NCBI GenBank assembly: GCA_016234185.1
Contig: JACRHA010000056.1
Coordinates: 5,553-69,552, forward strand
Length of the DNA stretch: 64,000 nt
Source of the DNA: Nitrospirota bacterium
GTDB lineage: Bacteria > Nitrospirota > Nitrospiria > JACRHA01
Direction: 5' to 3'
The notes below the pieces were generated by a model that worked only from the letters and a program-made list of their open reading frames with translations, searched no databases and was not told the origin of the DNA. Position numbers and translations under genes: made by a program. Below, in pieces: positions 50,431-61,368 of the stretch; the first letter of the stretch is position 1, and each line of letters opens with the position of its first letter.

Positions 50431-52773
50431 CTACACCCTTGCCTCTTCCATCCACCCCGGTTCAACGCCTTCGATCACCTGGTCTATATTGAGCAGGTCG
50501 GTTGTCATCCCCTCAATAACCAAAGATCCGGCTACCCCTGTCTTGCCTGGCGGGGGAGGATGGAGCACCGACTCTGCCTCAACGATATCGAGTATCCTGT
50601 CTACCACCAGCCCGACATTCTTCTTTTTTCCGGAAAATACAATAGTAGGCAGCATCTCCCGGTTTTGGTCAGGGGAATCTATACCAAGGATCCTGTCAAG
50701 CCGGATCAACGGAAGAAGACCCCCACGGTATTGAATTATGTCCCGTCCGGCAGCCTGTTCAACCCTGTTTAGGTAAAATTCCTCCAGTCGGTCAACCAGG
50801 GCCAGAGGGACTGCAAACCGGTCATTCCCTGAGGCAGAAAAGAGGATCAGCGTATGATGTTCAATCCCTGATCCATCTTCCGTACTATCTTCTAATGTTA
50901 ATTTGGTCTCACCAGCCTTAGACTGAAGAAACCCTCCCTCCTTGGCAACCCCCTGTACATCCAGTATAAGGGCCACCCTTCCATCACCCATGATCGTTGC
51001 GCCTGCAAATACTGAAAGCCCTTTTAACTGCCTGCTCAATGGCTTAACTACGATCTCCTCGCTATTGTTTACCGCATCAACCACAAGCCCGAAGGGACGT
51101 TCTCCAGCCTTAAGGACAACTATGCTGGTATTAGATGTTTCTGTAGGGGCACATTGCAATGTGCCCCTACCTTCTTCCAGGCAAAGGAGTCGATTGAGGT
51201 AAAGAATAGGAAGGAGCGTTCCCCGCAACCTATAAAAGCTGGCGTCGTGGATCACTTCGATCCGGCCGCCAGACTCAGGATCTACCCGGACAAGCTCAAG
51301 CAGACTTGCCTGCGGGATCGCAAAGAGCTCCTTTCCTGCCGCAACCATCAGGGCCGGGATTATTGCCAGCGTCAATGGTATCTTAATTCTAAGGCTTGTG
51401 CCCTGCCCAAGCCTGCTTGTCATTTCCACTGTCCCACCTATCTTTTCTATATTTGTCCTGACTACATCCATACCGACACCGCGGCCCGAGACATTTGTTA
51501 CCTTCTCAGCAGTTGACAGCCCCGGCAGAAAGATAAGGTTTAGGGCCTCACGCTCCGACATGCGGGATACAGCCTCAGCAGAGACGAGACCCTTCTCAAT
51601 GGCCTTGCGCTTGACCTTCTCTATATCAATACCATTTCCGTCATCTCCGATCTCTATATTGATCTGGCCTCCTTCGTGGTATGCCTTAAGATTGAGCATC
51701 CCCTTTGGTCCCTTCCCCCTTGCCCTCCTCATATCAGGGGTCTCAATCCCATGATCTACGGAATTCCTGACAATATGTGTCAGGGGGTCTTTAATCGCCT
51801 CTAACAGGGTCTTGTCCAACTCAGTCTCAGCCCCGTCCATGACAAGTTCAACCTCTTTGCCATTTGTCTTGGCAAGGTCCCTCACCAGGCGCGGGAATTT
51901 CTCCCAGACATTCAGAATCGGCTGCATCCTGGTCTTCATTACAGCATCCTGGAGCTCTGTTGTAATCAGATTCATCCGCTGGGCAGTGCCTGCATACACA
52001 GCATTATCCTCTTCCCTTACCCGCTGTAAGAGCTGATTTCGCGCAAGCACAAGCTCACCGACTAAATTCATTAATTTATCGAGGAGGCCGACGTCCACAC
52101 GGATGGAAGATTCCGCGGACACAAGACCTCTATTTTGTGACATAACAGCTTTGCTTTCTTCCTGACTTCTGACTCCTGACGGCTCGACTGAGCTCGCCGA
52201 AGTCTCCTGACTCCCGCTTTCATTAGCAGGGGCTTGCGTCGCCCCCTCCAAAGGCAAAGCCTTTGGAGCCTTCCCCTCAACGCTCGCATCCGCTCGCTGT
52301 TTAGAGGATTCAGCATCCAGGATACCTTTCTCCTTTCTCCTGACTCCTGACGGCTCGACTGAGCTCGCCGAAGTCTCCTGACTCCCGCTTTCATTTGAAA
52401 TAAGCGTCTTCAGCTTCTGTAGTATAGAATTATAATCCTGGGCAGGCTCGGATCCTTTAGACTCTATGTGGGACAGGATTTCCTTTATGGTATCAACCGC
52501 CTCAAGGAGGATTGTAACCCCCTCCGGCGTCACAGGCATCTTTCCGTCCCGCATCATCGAGAGGACATCTTCACCGCCATGGGCAACAGACTCAAGCTTC
52601 GGAAGTCCAAGAAAACCACAAGTTCCCTTAATGGTATGTATAGTGCGAAAGATACTCGCGATAAGGGCTCTGTTCCCTGTCTCCTTTTCAAGTAAAACAA
52701 ACTCCTGATCAAGCCTTCCCAGACCTTCATAACTTTCAACCAGGAATTCCTTCAAGATGCCGTCATCTTCCAT
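50431..52773 (-). CDS. cheA: CheA histidine kinase (P1, repeat-derived linker, P3, P4, two CheW-like domains)
   Basis: FRTIHTIKG, HIVRNSVDHGIE, SGRGVGMDVV. Confidence 0.97.
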   Translation of the reverse strand: MEDDGILKEFLVESYEGLGRLDQEFVLLEKETGNRALIASIFRTIHTIKGTCGFLGLPKLESVAHGGEDVLSMMRDGKMPVTPEGVTILLEAVDTIKEILSHIESKGSEPAQDYNSILQKLKTLISNESGSQETSASSVEPSGVRRKEKGILDAESSKQRADASVEGKAPKALPLEGATQAPANESGSQETSASSVEPSGVRSQEESKAVMSQNRGLVSAESSIRVDVGLLDKLMNLVGELVLARNQLLQRVREEDNAVYAGTAQRMNLITTELQDAVMKTRMQPILNVWEKFPRLVRDLAKTNGKEVELVMDGAETELDKTLLEAIKDPLTHIVRNSVDHGIETPDMRRARGKGPKGMLNLKAYHEGGQINIEIGDDGNGIDIEKVKRKAIEKGLVSAEAVSRMSEREALNLIFLPGLSTAEKVTNVSGRGVGMDVVRTNIEKIGGTVEMTSRLGQGTSLRIKIPLTLAIIPALMVAAGKELFAIPQASLLELVRVDPESGGRIEVIHDASFYRLRGTLLPILYLNRLLCLEEGRGTLQCAPTETSNTSIVVLKAGERPFGLVVDAVNNSEEIVVKPLSRQLKGLSVFAGATIMGDGRVALILDVQGVAKEGGFLQSKAGETKLTLEDSTEDGSGIEHHTLILFSASGNDRFAVPLALVDRLEEFYLNRVEQAAGRDIIQYRGGLLPLIRLDRILGIDSPDQNREMLPTIVFSGKKKNVGLVVDRILDIVEAESVLHPPPPGKTGVAGSLVIEGMTTDLLNIDQVIEGVEPGWMEEARV
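51143..51170. repeat. Perfect 28-bp GTAG-type REP palindrome inside cheA
   Basis: GTAGGGGCACATTGCAATGTGCCCCTAC, read as GRGTLQCAPT. Confidence 0.9.
52161..52396 (-). repeat. Composite repeat inside cheA: core element (52228-52298) flanked by 56-bp direct repeats
   Basis: Identical 52169-52224 and 52340-52395 (171 bp apart); linker module matches 5803-5895, 54105-54165 and 60630-60685. Confidence 0.95.
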
Positions 52774-52802
52774 TTAAACCTCCCCATGAGAACTTAATTA
52801 TC

Positions 52803-52830
52803 TTATCGGAAAATCAAGGAAAATCTTTAG
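52803..52830 (-). promoter_or_regulatory. Sigma-28 promoter of the che operon
   Basis: TAAA-N15-TCCGATAA ending ~30 bp before cheA. Confidence 0.75.
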
Positions 52831-52891
52831 CTTCCGGGTCCTTATGAAATGGGTGTGCGACATAAATGTTGATATGTTTAACAGATTCATC

Positions 52892-52970
52892 GTAGGGGCA
52901 GACCTATGTGTCTGCCCTGGAAATGTCTCCGTCGATCCCAAAGAGGGCGAACACAGAGGTTCGCCCCTAC
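52892..52970. repeat. Inverted GTAG-REP doublet (REPIN-like)
   Basis: GTAGGGGCAGACCTATGTGTCTGCCCT ... AGGGCGAACACAGAGGTTCGCCCCTAC. Confidence 0.85.
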
Positions 52971-53012
52971 ATAAAGGGATCTTTATGCTATCCTCTTGGG
53001 GCAACTACTTTT

Positions 53013-53717
53013 TTATGGAATCCTATCCACACTTACAACTACTATCTCTACCCGGCGGTTCTTTGCCCTGCCCTCCGGCGAATCATTGGTATCGATCGGT
53101 CTGAATTCGCCATACCCGGCCACAGAAAAACGTTGAGGATCCATTGCATGGCGGTCGACAAAATACCTTACAATACTCATTGCCCTGCCAGTTGACAGTT
53201 CCCAGTTGGATGGGAAGGCCGGTGTCTTGATAGGTATATTATCGGTATGCCCCTCGACCTGGACGGGGTTCGGAAGGGCGGCTATAAGATCTGCTATCTT
53301 ATCAAGTTTTTCGCTGAACACCGGGAGAATCTCTGCCTGACCCGTTTCAAAGGCAAGACTGTTCTCGATCCTTATCACTGTACCCCGCCGGTCTTTAATC
53401 AGACTGATCTGCCCGGAAGGGTCCATTGTCCTGACCTCCTCCTCCATCTTCCTGTATTTAAAAAAAAGTTTGAGGCCGGTATCAAACATGGCAGTCCCGG
53501 ATTGTTTAGAGGTCAGTCTTATATTTGAAGAGGAGAGAGCGATAACGGGGTGAAATGCCTCATTCACGGAATCGGAAACTGCACGATACTTACCCTCATG
53601 GACTGATGATGTAGAATACATCACCACAAAGAATGCAAAGAGGAGCGTGATAAAATCGGCATAGGAGATCAGCCAGCGCTCTTGATTTTCATGTTCTTCT
53701 TCCTTTTTTTTCCGCAT
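53013..53717 (-). CDS. motB: Flagellar stator protein MotB
   Basis: WLISYADFITLLFAFFVVMY, EGHTD, SNWELS, NRRVEI. Confidence 0.96.
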   Translation of the reverse strand: MRKKKEEEHENQERWLISYADFITLLFAFFVVMYSTSSVHEGKYRAVSDSVNEAFHPVIALSSSNIRLTSKQSGTAMFDTGLKLFFKYRKMEEEVRTMDPSGQISLIKDRRGTVIRIENSLAFETGQAEILPVFSEKLDKIADLIAALPNPVQVEGHTDNIPIKTPAFPSNWELSTGRAMSIVRYFVDRHAMDPQRFSVAGYGEFRPIDTNDSPEGRAKNRRVEIVVVSVDRIP

Positions 53718-53733
53718 CTTTCCTCCTTTTTTA

Positions 53734-54172
53734 AGGGGCTTGCGTCGCCCCCTCCACCGGCAAAGCCGGATGGAGCCTCCCCCTCAACGCTCGCTTTGCT
53801 CGCTTTAAGGGGCTTGCGTCGCCCCCTCGCCTATCTCAGGGGAGCGACCGTCCCCCTCCACCGGCAAAGCCGGATGGAGCGCTTCGGCTGAGCTCAGCGT
53901 CGAAGCCCTCCCCCTCCCTACGCTCGACTCCGCTCGCTGTTATAAATTCAGGGGAGCGACCGTCCCCCTCCACCGGCAAAGCCGAAGCGAGCATCCGGCT
54001 TGGCCGGTGCAAGCGCGGGGTGTAGGGGCATCGGAGGAGCAACTGCACCGCACGGGCCCCCACAGATGATCGTCGCCTCCCCCTCAACGCGCGCCCTGCC
54101 CGCTGTTTAGAAGATTCAGAATCCAGACTTTCCTCCTGCACCCTGACCCCTGCACCCTGCTTTCATCAGGGT
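53734..54172 (-). repeat. Nested cluster of core elements (53734-53804, partial 53808-53828, 53838-53938, 53950-54104) plus linker module
   Basis: Direct sequence match to the core; internal inserts at 53881-53906 and about 53985-54074. Confidence 0.93.
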
Positions 54173-54174
54173 AT

Positions 54175-54942
54175 CTACTTTTTGGGTCTCTTCTTCTGTG
54201 CCTCTGTCAGGAAGCCTTCCAGTTTTTCCTGGATCATCCGCGGGTTATCCCCTGCAGCAATGGACATTATCCCTTCAATAATCAGCTCACGGCTGATCCC
54301 TTCCATCCGGTTCCTCATCTTCAGCTTTCCTGCGATCGGGAGGAAGATCAGGTTTGCCGTTAAGACACCATATACCGTGGCAACAAAGGCTGTAGCGATC
54401 CCGCTTCCCAGCTTTGTCGGATCTGCAAGGTTCTCCATCACATGGATCAGCCCCATTACAGCGCCAAGGATCCCGAATGTCGGACAATAACCGCCGGCGG
54501 CCTCAAATAATTTTGCCGCCATTGCATAATGCTCCTCTCCAAAGGAGAGTTCCACCTCGAGTATCTCGCGGATCAGCTTTGGCTCGGTCCCATCCATCAA
54601 AAGCTGTAATCCCTTCTTTAAAAAAGGGTCCTTTATCTCCTTAATCTTCGACTCAAGGGCCAGGATCCCCTGCTTCCGGACAACATTGGCATATTCCACA
54701 ATCTTTTCTATGAAGGCGACTGCATTATTATTTGGCGCCTTGACGGCCTCCAGCCCTAACTTCATCGCCTCAAGGAACTTAGGAAGTGTAAATTGAACCA
54801 TCACCGCACCCATTGTTCCCCCTAATACGATAATAGCAGCGGTAAATTGGAGGATTGAGTGGACACTCCCCCCTTCCAAGGCCTGTCCCCCAACAAGTGC
54901 GCCCAGCCCAACAACCACACCGATGACCGTAAGGATATCCAT
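54175..54942 (-). CDS. motA: Flagellar stator protein MotA
   Basis: GILALE, PTFGILGAVMGLI, AFVATVYG. Confidence 0.96.
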   Translation of the reverse strand: MDILTVIGVVVGLGALVGGQALEGGSVHSILQFTAAIIVLGGTMGAVMVQFTLPKFLEAMKLGLEAVKAPNNNAVAFIEKIVEYANVVRKQGILALESKIKEIKDPFLKKGLQLLMDGTEPKLIREILEVELSFGEEHYAMAAKLFEAAGGYCPTFGILGAVMGLIHVMENLADPTKLGSGIATAFVATVYGVLTANLIFLPIAGKLKMRNRMEGISRELIIEGIMSIAAGDNPRMIQEKLEGFLTEAQKKRPKK

Positions 54943-54967
54943 AGATCAATCAAACCTGTCTATTTCC

Positions 54968-55125
54968 AGGGGCTTGCGTCGCCCCCTCCACCGGCAAAGC
55001 CGGATGGAGCCTCCCCCTCAACGCTCGACTCCGCTCGCTGGGTTAACACCCACTTTCAGGAGCTTGCGTCGCCCCCTCCCTGCCTGCCGACAGGCAGGGC
55101 TAGGTAGATACCCGATGGTATCTAC
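54968..55125 (-). repeat. Core element (54968-55039), partial copy, CCTGCCTG palindrome and GTAGATA hairpin in the motA leader
   Basis: Direct sequence match to the other copies. Confidence 0.9.
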
Positions 55126-55138
55126 TTTTCTCTATCTC

Positions 55139-55167
55139 CTATCGGCAAATTTTAAGCTTATCTTTAG
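55139..55167 (-). promoter_or_regulatory. Sigma-28 promoter of motAB
   Basis: TAAA-N16-GCCGATAG. Confidence 0.75.
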
Positions 55168-55226
55168 TGCTTCCAGGATAGATAAATAAGGTACAGGTAC
55201 GGTTTGAGACATCATATTATATTAAT

Positions 55227-55254
55227 TTGACAAGGGATCATCTTCAGATATAAT
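55227..55254 (+). promoter_or_regulatory. Sigma-70 promoter of the bio operon
   Basis: TTGACA-N16-TATAAT, 11 nt before the ATG. Confidence 0.75.
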
Positions 55255-55265
55255 CTAATAATCCC

Positions 55266-56270
55266 ATGGATGTCATATTAAACGATATTATTGATAAACT
55301 TGAAGGGGTTGGGTCCCTATCAAAGGATGAGGCCTTGTACCTTGTCAGCCTCGATGATATCAGTCTCATCTCTTCCCTTGCCGAAAAGGCAAGGAGAAGA
55401 TATAAGGGCAACCTTGCCGATCTCTGCTCTGTAATAAGCGCCAAATCCGGTTCATGTCCGGAAGATTGTGCCTTTTGCGCCCAGTCGGTCCATTACCAGA
55501 CCGGGATAATGGAGTATCCATTGATCCGGGTAGATAAGATCGTCAAGGCCGCCGCTGATGCAAAAAAAAATGGCGCAAGGAGGTTCTGTATATCAACCAG
55601 CGGCAGGGGGACCGGGAAGGATGATGAGATTTCAAGTATATGTGAGGCGATAAAAAAAATAAGGAATGAGGTTTCAATCTCGCCCTGCGCAACCCTCGGT
55701 TTAATGTCTTCTGACCATCTAAGGGCCTTAAAAGAGGCCGGATTAAACAGATACCATCATAACCTTGAGACATCGGAAGGCTATTACCAAAAGATATGCA
55801 CGACCCACTCTTTTTCTGAGAGGGTGGAGATGGTAAAGAAAGTTAAGGAGTCAGGGCTCTCCGCATGTGTTGGGGGGATATTGGGGATTGGAGAATCTAT
55901 GGAGGATAGGGCCGATCTTGCTGTCGCTATCAGGGACCTCGATCCCGATTCTGTGCCCATAAATTTCCTGATGCCGATTATAGGTACCCCGCTTGAAGGT
56001 ACAGCCGGACTTGGACACGATGAGGCATTAAGGTCTATTGCGCTATTTAGGTTCATTATGCCTTCAAAAGAGATAAGGGTCTGCGGCGGCAGGGTCTCTG
56101 CCCTCGGTGAATCCCACAGACTGATATTCAACTTTGGGGCTGACGGCATGATGGTCGGAAACTATCTCACCAGGTCCGGCGTCGATCCCAAAGAAGATCT
56201 GAGGATGCTCAATGATCTCAGCCTTGGTATTAGAGAGATAGATGTTTCCGGGCGAGATATCCAGGCTTAA
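55266..56270 (+). CDS. bioB: Biotin synthase
   Basis: KSGSCPEDCAFCAQS, YHHNLETS, SVPINFL, GNYLT. Confidence 0.97.
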   Translation: MDVILNDIIDKLEGVGSLSKDEALYLVSLDDISLISSLAEKARRRYKGNLADLCSVISAKSGSCPEDCAFCAQSVHYQTGIMEYPLIRVDKIVKAAADAKKNGARRFCISTSGRGTGKDDEISSICEAIKKIRNEVSISPCATLGLMSSDHLRALKEAGLNRYHHNLETSEGYYQKICTTHSFSERVEMVKKVKESGLSACVGGILGIGESMEDRADLAVAIRDLDPDSVPINFLMPIIGTPLEGTAGLGHDEALRSIALFRFIMPSKEIRVCGGRVSALGESHRLIFNFGADGMMVGNYLTRSGVDPKEDLRMLNDLSLGIREIDVSGRDIQA

Positions 56271-57476
56271 AGCGAGCAAAGCGAGCGTTGAGGGGGAGGC
56301 TCCGTCCGGCTTTGCCGGTGGAGGGGGCGACGCAAGCCCCTTTAAAGCGAAAAACCTTCTCCGCAGATTGTTAGTTGTCGAACCGGGGGAGGGGTCAGGT
56401 CTTGTCATTGATGGAAAGAGGGCAGTGAACCTCTCTTCAAATAATTATCTTGGTCTTTCAAACCACCACAGGATAAAAGACGCATCTATCAGGGCCATAG
56501 AAAGATATGGTGCCGGGGCAGGGGCATCAAGGCTCATCTCAGGTCACACGAATATCATAAAAGAACTTGAAGAAAGGATCGCCAGGTTTAAATCAACTGA
56601 GGCGGCCCTTGTCTTTGGATCGGGCTACCTGGCCAATATCGGGATCATCCCATCCATAGTAGGCGATGGAGACGTCATCATTGCAGACAGACTGAATCAT
56701 GCGTCTATCTTTGAGGGGTGCAGGATCAGCAGGGCAAGGCTATTAATATACAGACACAAAGATATGACCCAGCTTGAGGAGATACTTAACAGGTATTCAT
56801 CATATAAGAGGAAGCTGGTTATTACCGATGGTCTTTTCAGTATGGATGGTGATATTGCCCCGTTAAATGATATCGTCTCTCTTGCAAAGAGGTATGAGGC
56901 GATGGTGATGGTCGATGATGCCCACGCAACAGGGGTTTTAGGAAAGAGCGGCAGGGGCACTATGGAGCATCTCGGGATAAAGGATGGGGTTGACATCCAG
57001 ATGGGGACATTGAGCAAGGCGATCGGGTGCTATGGCGGATTTGTTGCAGGGGATAATGCACTTATAGATTATTTAATAAACAGGGCAAGGTCGTTTATAT
57101 TCACAACAGGACTTCCACCGGCTATTGCTGCTGCGGCCATTGCCGCATTCGACATCATTGAAGAGATGCCTGAGATAAGGGAGAGGTTATGGGAGAATAG
57201 AGGATACTACTTTAAGGCCGTAACAGGACTTGGCCTTGATACAGGGATGAGCGAGAGCCAGATAATACCAATCATGATTGGAGACGAGAAGAGGGGACTT
57301 GAGTTCTCAGAAAGACTCCTTGAATTAGGCGTTTTTGCGCCTGTAATTAGGCCTCCCACTGTACCTAAAGGTAAGACAAGGATCAGGACATCTATAATGG
57401 CCACCCATACAAAGGAGGAGATTGATACAGGTGTAGATGCCTTAAAGAGGGCAGGAAGGGAGCTTGGGATTATTTC

Positions 57477-57480
<4 letters not shown>
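56242..57480 (+). CDS. bioF: 8-amino-7-oxononanoate synthase with a 25-aa repeat-derived N-terminal insert
   Basis: SNNYLGL, GAGASRL, DDAHATG, GTLSKA, IRPPTVP. Confidence 0.95.
56271..56341 (+). repeat. Core element in-frame in bioF
   Basis: Direct repeat TTAAAGCGA at 56267-56275 and 56342-56350 (75 bp apart). Confidence 0.95.
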
Positions 57481-59002
<1,522 letters not shown>

Positions 59003-59008
59003 AGGTTT

Positions 59009-59043
59009 TGAAGAACCCTCCAAAAAATGCGGAGGGTTCTTCA
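59009..59043. terminator. Hairpin between the convergent bioD and cyclophilin genes
   Basis: TGAAGAACCCTCC-N9-GGAGGGTTCTTCA; no clear U-tract. Confidence 0.55.
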
Positions 59044-59078
59044 TCGCGAGGTAGAGATATGCTAGATCTTTACCCTTG

Positions 59079-59582
59079 TCACTTCATTGTCACCTTCTTC
59101 ATCACATCCCCTTTTGCAATCTTCTGCACCACATCTATCCCCTTTATCACCTGCCCAAAGACGGTATAGTTCCCGTCAAGGGTAGGTTGATCACCCAGAC
59201 AGATATAGAATTGGCTGTCAGCGCTGTCGGGGTTTTGTGCCCGTGCCATGGCCACTGTTCCAAAGACATGCTTCTTGCTGTTGAATTCTGCAGATAGCTT
59301 CTTCCCTGAGCCTCCTGTGCCGTCACCCTTAGGATCACCGCCCTGTATTACAAACCCGGGAACTATCCTGTGAAATGTAAGGCCATTGTAAAAACCCTGT
59401 TTCACAAGTTCTGTGATCCTCGCAACAGTCTTTGGTGCGACATCCGGATACATCTCGAATACTATCTCCCCCTTATCTGTCTCTATTGATACCATTGGTG
59501 CCTTCTTCTCCTTTTCTGCTGCAAAAAGATTTGGCGCAGCTATTAAACAGGTTATTAATAATACAAGAAAAAATCTACTCAT
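59079..59582 (-). CDS. Exported cyclophilin-type peptidyl-prolyl isomerase
   Basis: FHRIVPGFVIQGGDP, AMAR, SADSQFYI, YTVFGQV; signal peptide. Confidence 0.95.
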   Translation of the reverse strand: MSRFFLVLLITCLIAAPNLFAAEKEKKAPMVSIETDKGEIVFEMYPDVAPKTVARITELVKQGFYNGLTFHRIVPGFVIQGGDPKGDGTGGSGKKLSAEFNSKKHVFGTVAMARAQNPDSADSQFYICLGDQPTLDGNYTVFGQVIKGIDVVQKIAKGDVMKKVTMK

Positions 59583-59608
59583 ATCTCCTCCTTTGTCGTC
59601 TTCGCTAT

Positions 59609-60541
59609 TTAATGGGTGCATCTCTTGTTGTAGGCATCCATAATAAGGCCCTCTCTGAGCCCATAATCACTAACAACTAATGAATCATGACCCATCTCCT
59701 CCATTATGGTTATAAGAATCGCTGTTCCGGCCACTATAATATCCTCCCTTCCCGGCTCGAGTCCTTTAATCGTCCTCCTCACCTTGATCGATTTGGAAAC
59801 CAGGTCTGATAATATCGCTCTTATCGATGCGAGCTTTAAGATGCAGTTATTGATCCGGAGAGGATTATATACCTCCATCTTCCGGTCTATGGCCGCCAGT
59901 GTAGTTATGCTCCCAGCTGTACCTACCAATATTGATCCTTCAATGCCTTTTGATTGCTCAGAGACCATTTTTATCTTCGCCATAATTTCCGAATCCATGG
60001 ATGAAAGCTCAGATGGAAGGATAGGGTCACTTTTTAAATGTCTTTCAGTCAGATTTACTACCCCGAGGTCTATGCTTATTCTTGAAAGGATCTCACCTCC
60101 ACTCCCAAATATAAACTCTGTTGACCCTCCACCTATATCTATGGCAACGATATTATGTATCCTTTTATCTAACCCATGGAGGATACCGAGGAACGTCCTC
60201 CTCGCCTCCTCCTTTCCAGAGATCACCTCTATGTCAAATCCTGTCTCTTTTTTTACAAGGTCAATAAAATATTGACGGTTTTCTGCGGCTCTTACAGCGC
60301 TTGTTGCAGCTACAACAACCTCGTTGACCATATATCTGTCAATAATCGTCCTGAAGTCTTTGAGGGTTGAGACGGTTCTGATTATAGCATTATTAGTCAG
60401 GCGGCCTGAGCCTGACAAACCCTCGCCGAGGCGGGTTATCATTCTTTCTGAATGTATCTCCTTAAAATGGTGCTTACCAATTTCAGTGATTAGGAGCCTT
60501 AAGGTGTTGCTACCTATATCTATGCCGGCTATAACTGCCAA
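59609..60541 (-). CDS. ppx: Ppx/GppA exopolyphosphatase
   Basis: IDIGSNT, ATSAVRAA, DIGGGSTE, GLREG; TTG start. Confidence 0.93.
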   Translation of the reverse strand: MAVIAGIDIGSNTLRLLITEIGKHHFKEIHSERMITRLGEGLSGSGRLTNNAIIRTVSTLKDFRTIIDRYMVNEVVVAATSAVRAAENRQYFIDLVKKETGFDIEVISGKEEARRTFLGILHGLDKRIHNIVAIDIGGGSTEFIFGSGGEILSRISIDLGVVNLTERHLKSDPILPSELSSMDSEIMAKIKMVSEQSKGIEGSILVGTAGSITTLAAIDRKMEVYNPLRINNCILKLASIRAILSDLVSKSIKVRRTIKGLEPGREDIIVAGTAILITIMEEMGHDSLVVSDYGLREGLIMDAYNKRCTH

Positions 60542-60557
60542 TTTTTTGGTCTATCTC

Positions 60558-60766
60558 AGGGGCTTGCGTCGCCCCCTCCACCGGCAAAGCCGGATGGAGC
60601 CTCCCCCTCAACGCTCGCATCCGCTCGCTGTTTAAAAGATTCGGAATCCAGACCTTCCTCCTGACTCCTGACTCCCGCTTTCATTAGGGGCTTGCGTCGC
60701 CCCTACAACTCAGCGCTCGCCTTGCTCGCTAGGTAGATAGCCACTGGCTTGCCCGTGGCTATCTAC
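60558..60766 (-). repeat. Composite: core (60558-60629) + linker module + shortened core (60686-60730) + GTAGATA hairpin
   Basis: Same architecture as 5730-5967, on the opposite strand. Confidence 0.93.
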
Positions 60767-61368
60767 TATCTTATTTCAAATTCGAATTCTTCGGATGTTG
60801 CGCCGATATTCGCCTTCAGCTTGACATTCTTCCCGTACGTCACTGCCTTCTTGAAATATATGAACCCCCTTACCTGGGACCCTGGAAATATATCCCCCTC
60901 TGAAATAGATAACAAGGTTATATCAGTCGGGGCCATGGAATAATATCCGAATCCAGGCGGGGGGAGATATCCTCCATAATAGAAAGACGGCGGATAGAAA
61001 CCCTGCCCGTATCCCCTTGGGGTCATAATCCTTTCGACTATGCCCGGATCTACTGCGCTAAACTGATTACCCCTATCATCAACCAGGACAAGATCGGATG
61101 CCTTAAAGCTAACCTTCTTATCAGTATTGTTTCTGATAAGAAAGAGCATGGGGGTATAAAAATTATCCAGGTTATATGGGTAATACTTCCATTCCATAGA
61201 CTGGACAGAGATGCGTATGCCCTCCCTCTCTTTTGAGATTATATTTGAATCTAAATCTACATCCCCTGCCTGGAGCGGTTTTGGCACTATCCTTGTAGTA
61301 CAGCCGGAAGACATAAGGTATAAAAGGAGCAAAAGAAAAGACGACAGACTAATTATCATCCTTTTCAT
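60766..61368 (-). CDS. Hypothetical lipoprotein
   Basis: SSGC lipobox, Gly/Tyr-rich loop, PGSQVRGFIYF. Confidence 0.75.
   Translation of the reverse strand: MKRMIISLSSFLLLLLYLMSSGCTTRIVPKPLQAGDVDLDSNIISKEREGIRISVQSMEWKYYPYNLDNFYTPMLFLIRNNTDKKVSFKASDLVLVDDRGNQFSAVDPGIVERIMTPRGYGQGFYPPSFYYGGYLPPPGFGYYSMAPTDITLLSISEGDIFPGSQVRGFIYFKKAVTYGKNVKLKANIGATSEEFEFEIR

Noticed and set aside
53734..54104. Possible CRISPR array
   Set aside because: Repeats are too long, nested and irregular, with no unique spacers and no cas genes.
53836..54141. 101-aa ORF between motA and motB
   Set aside because: Composed entirely of repeat modules; no independent coding evidence.
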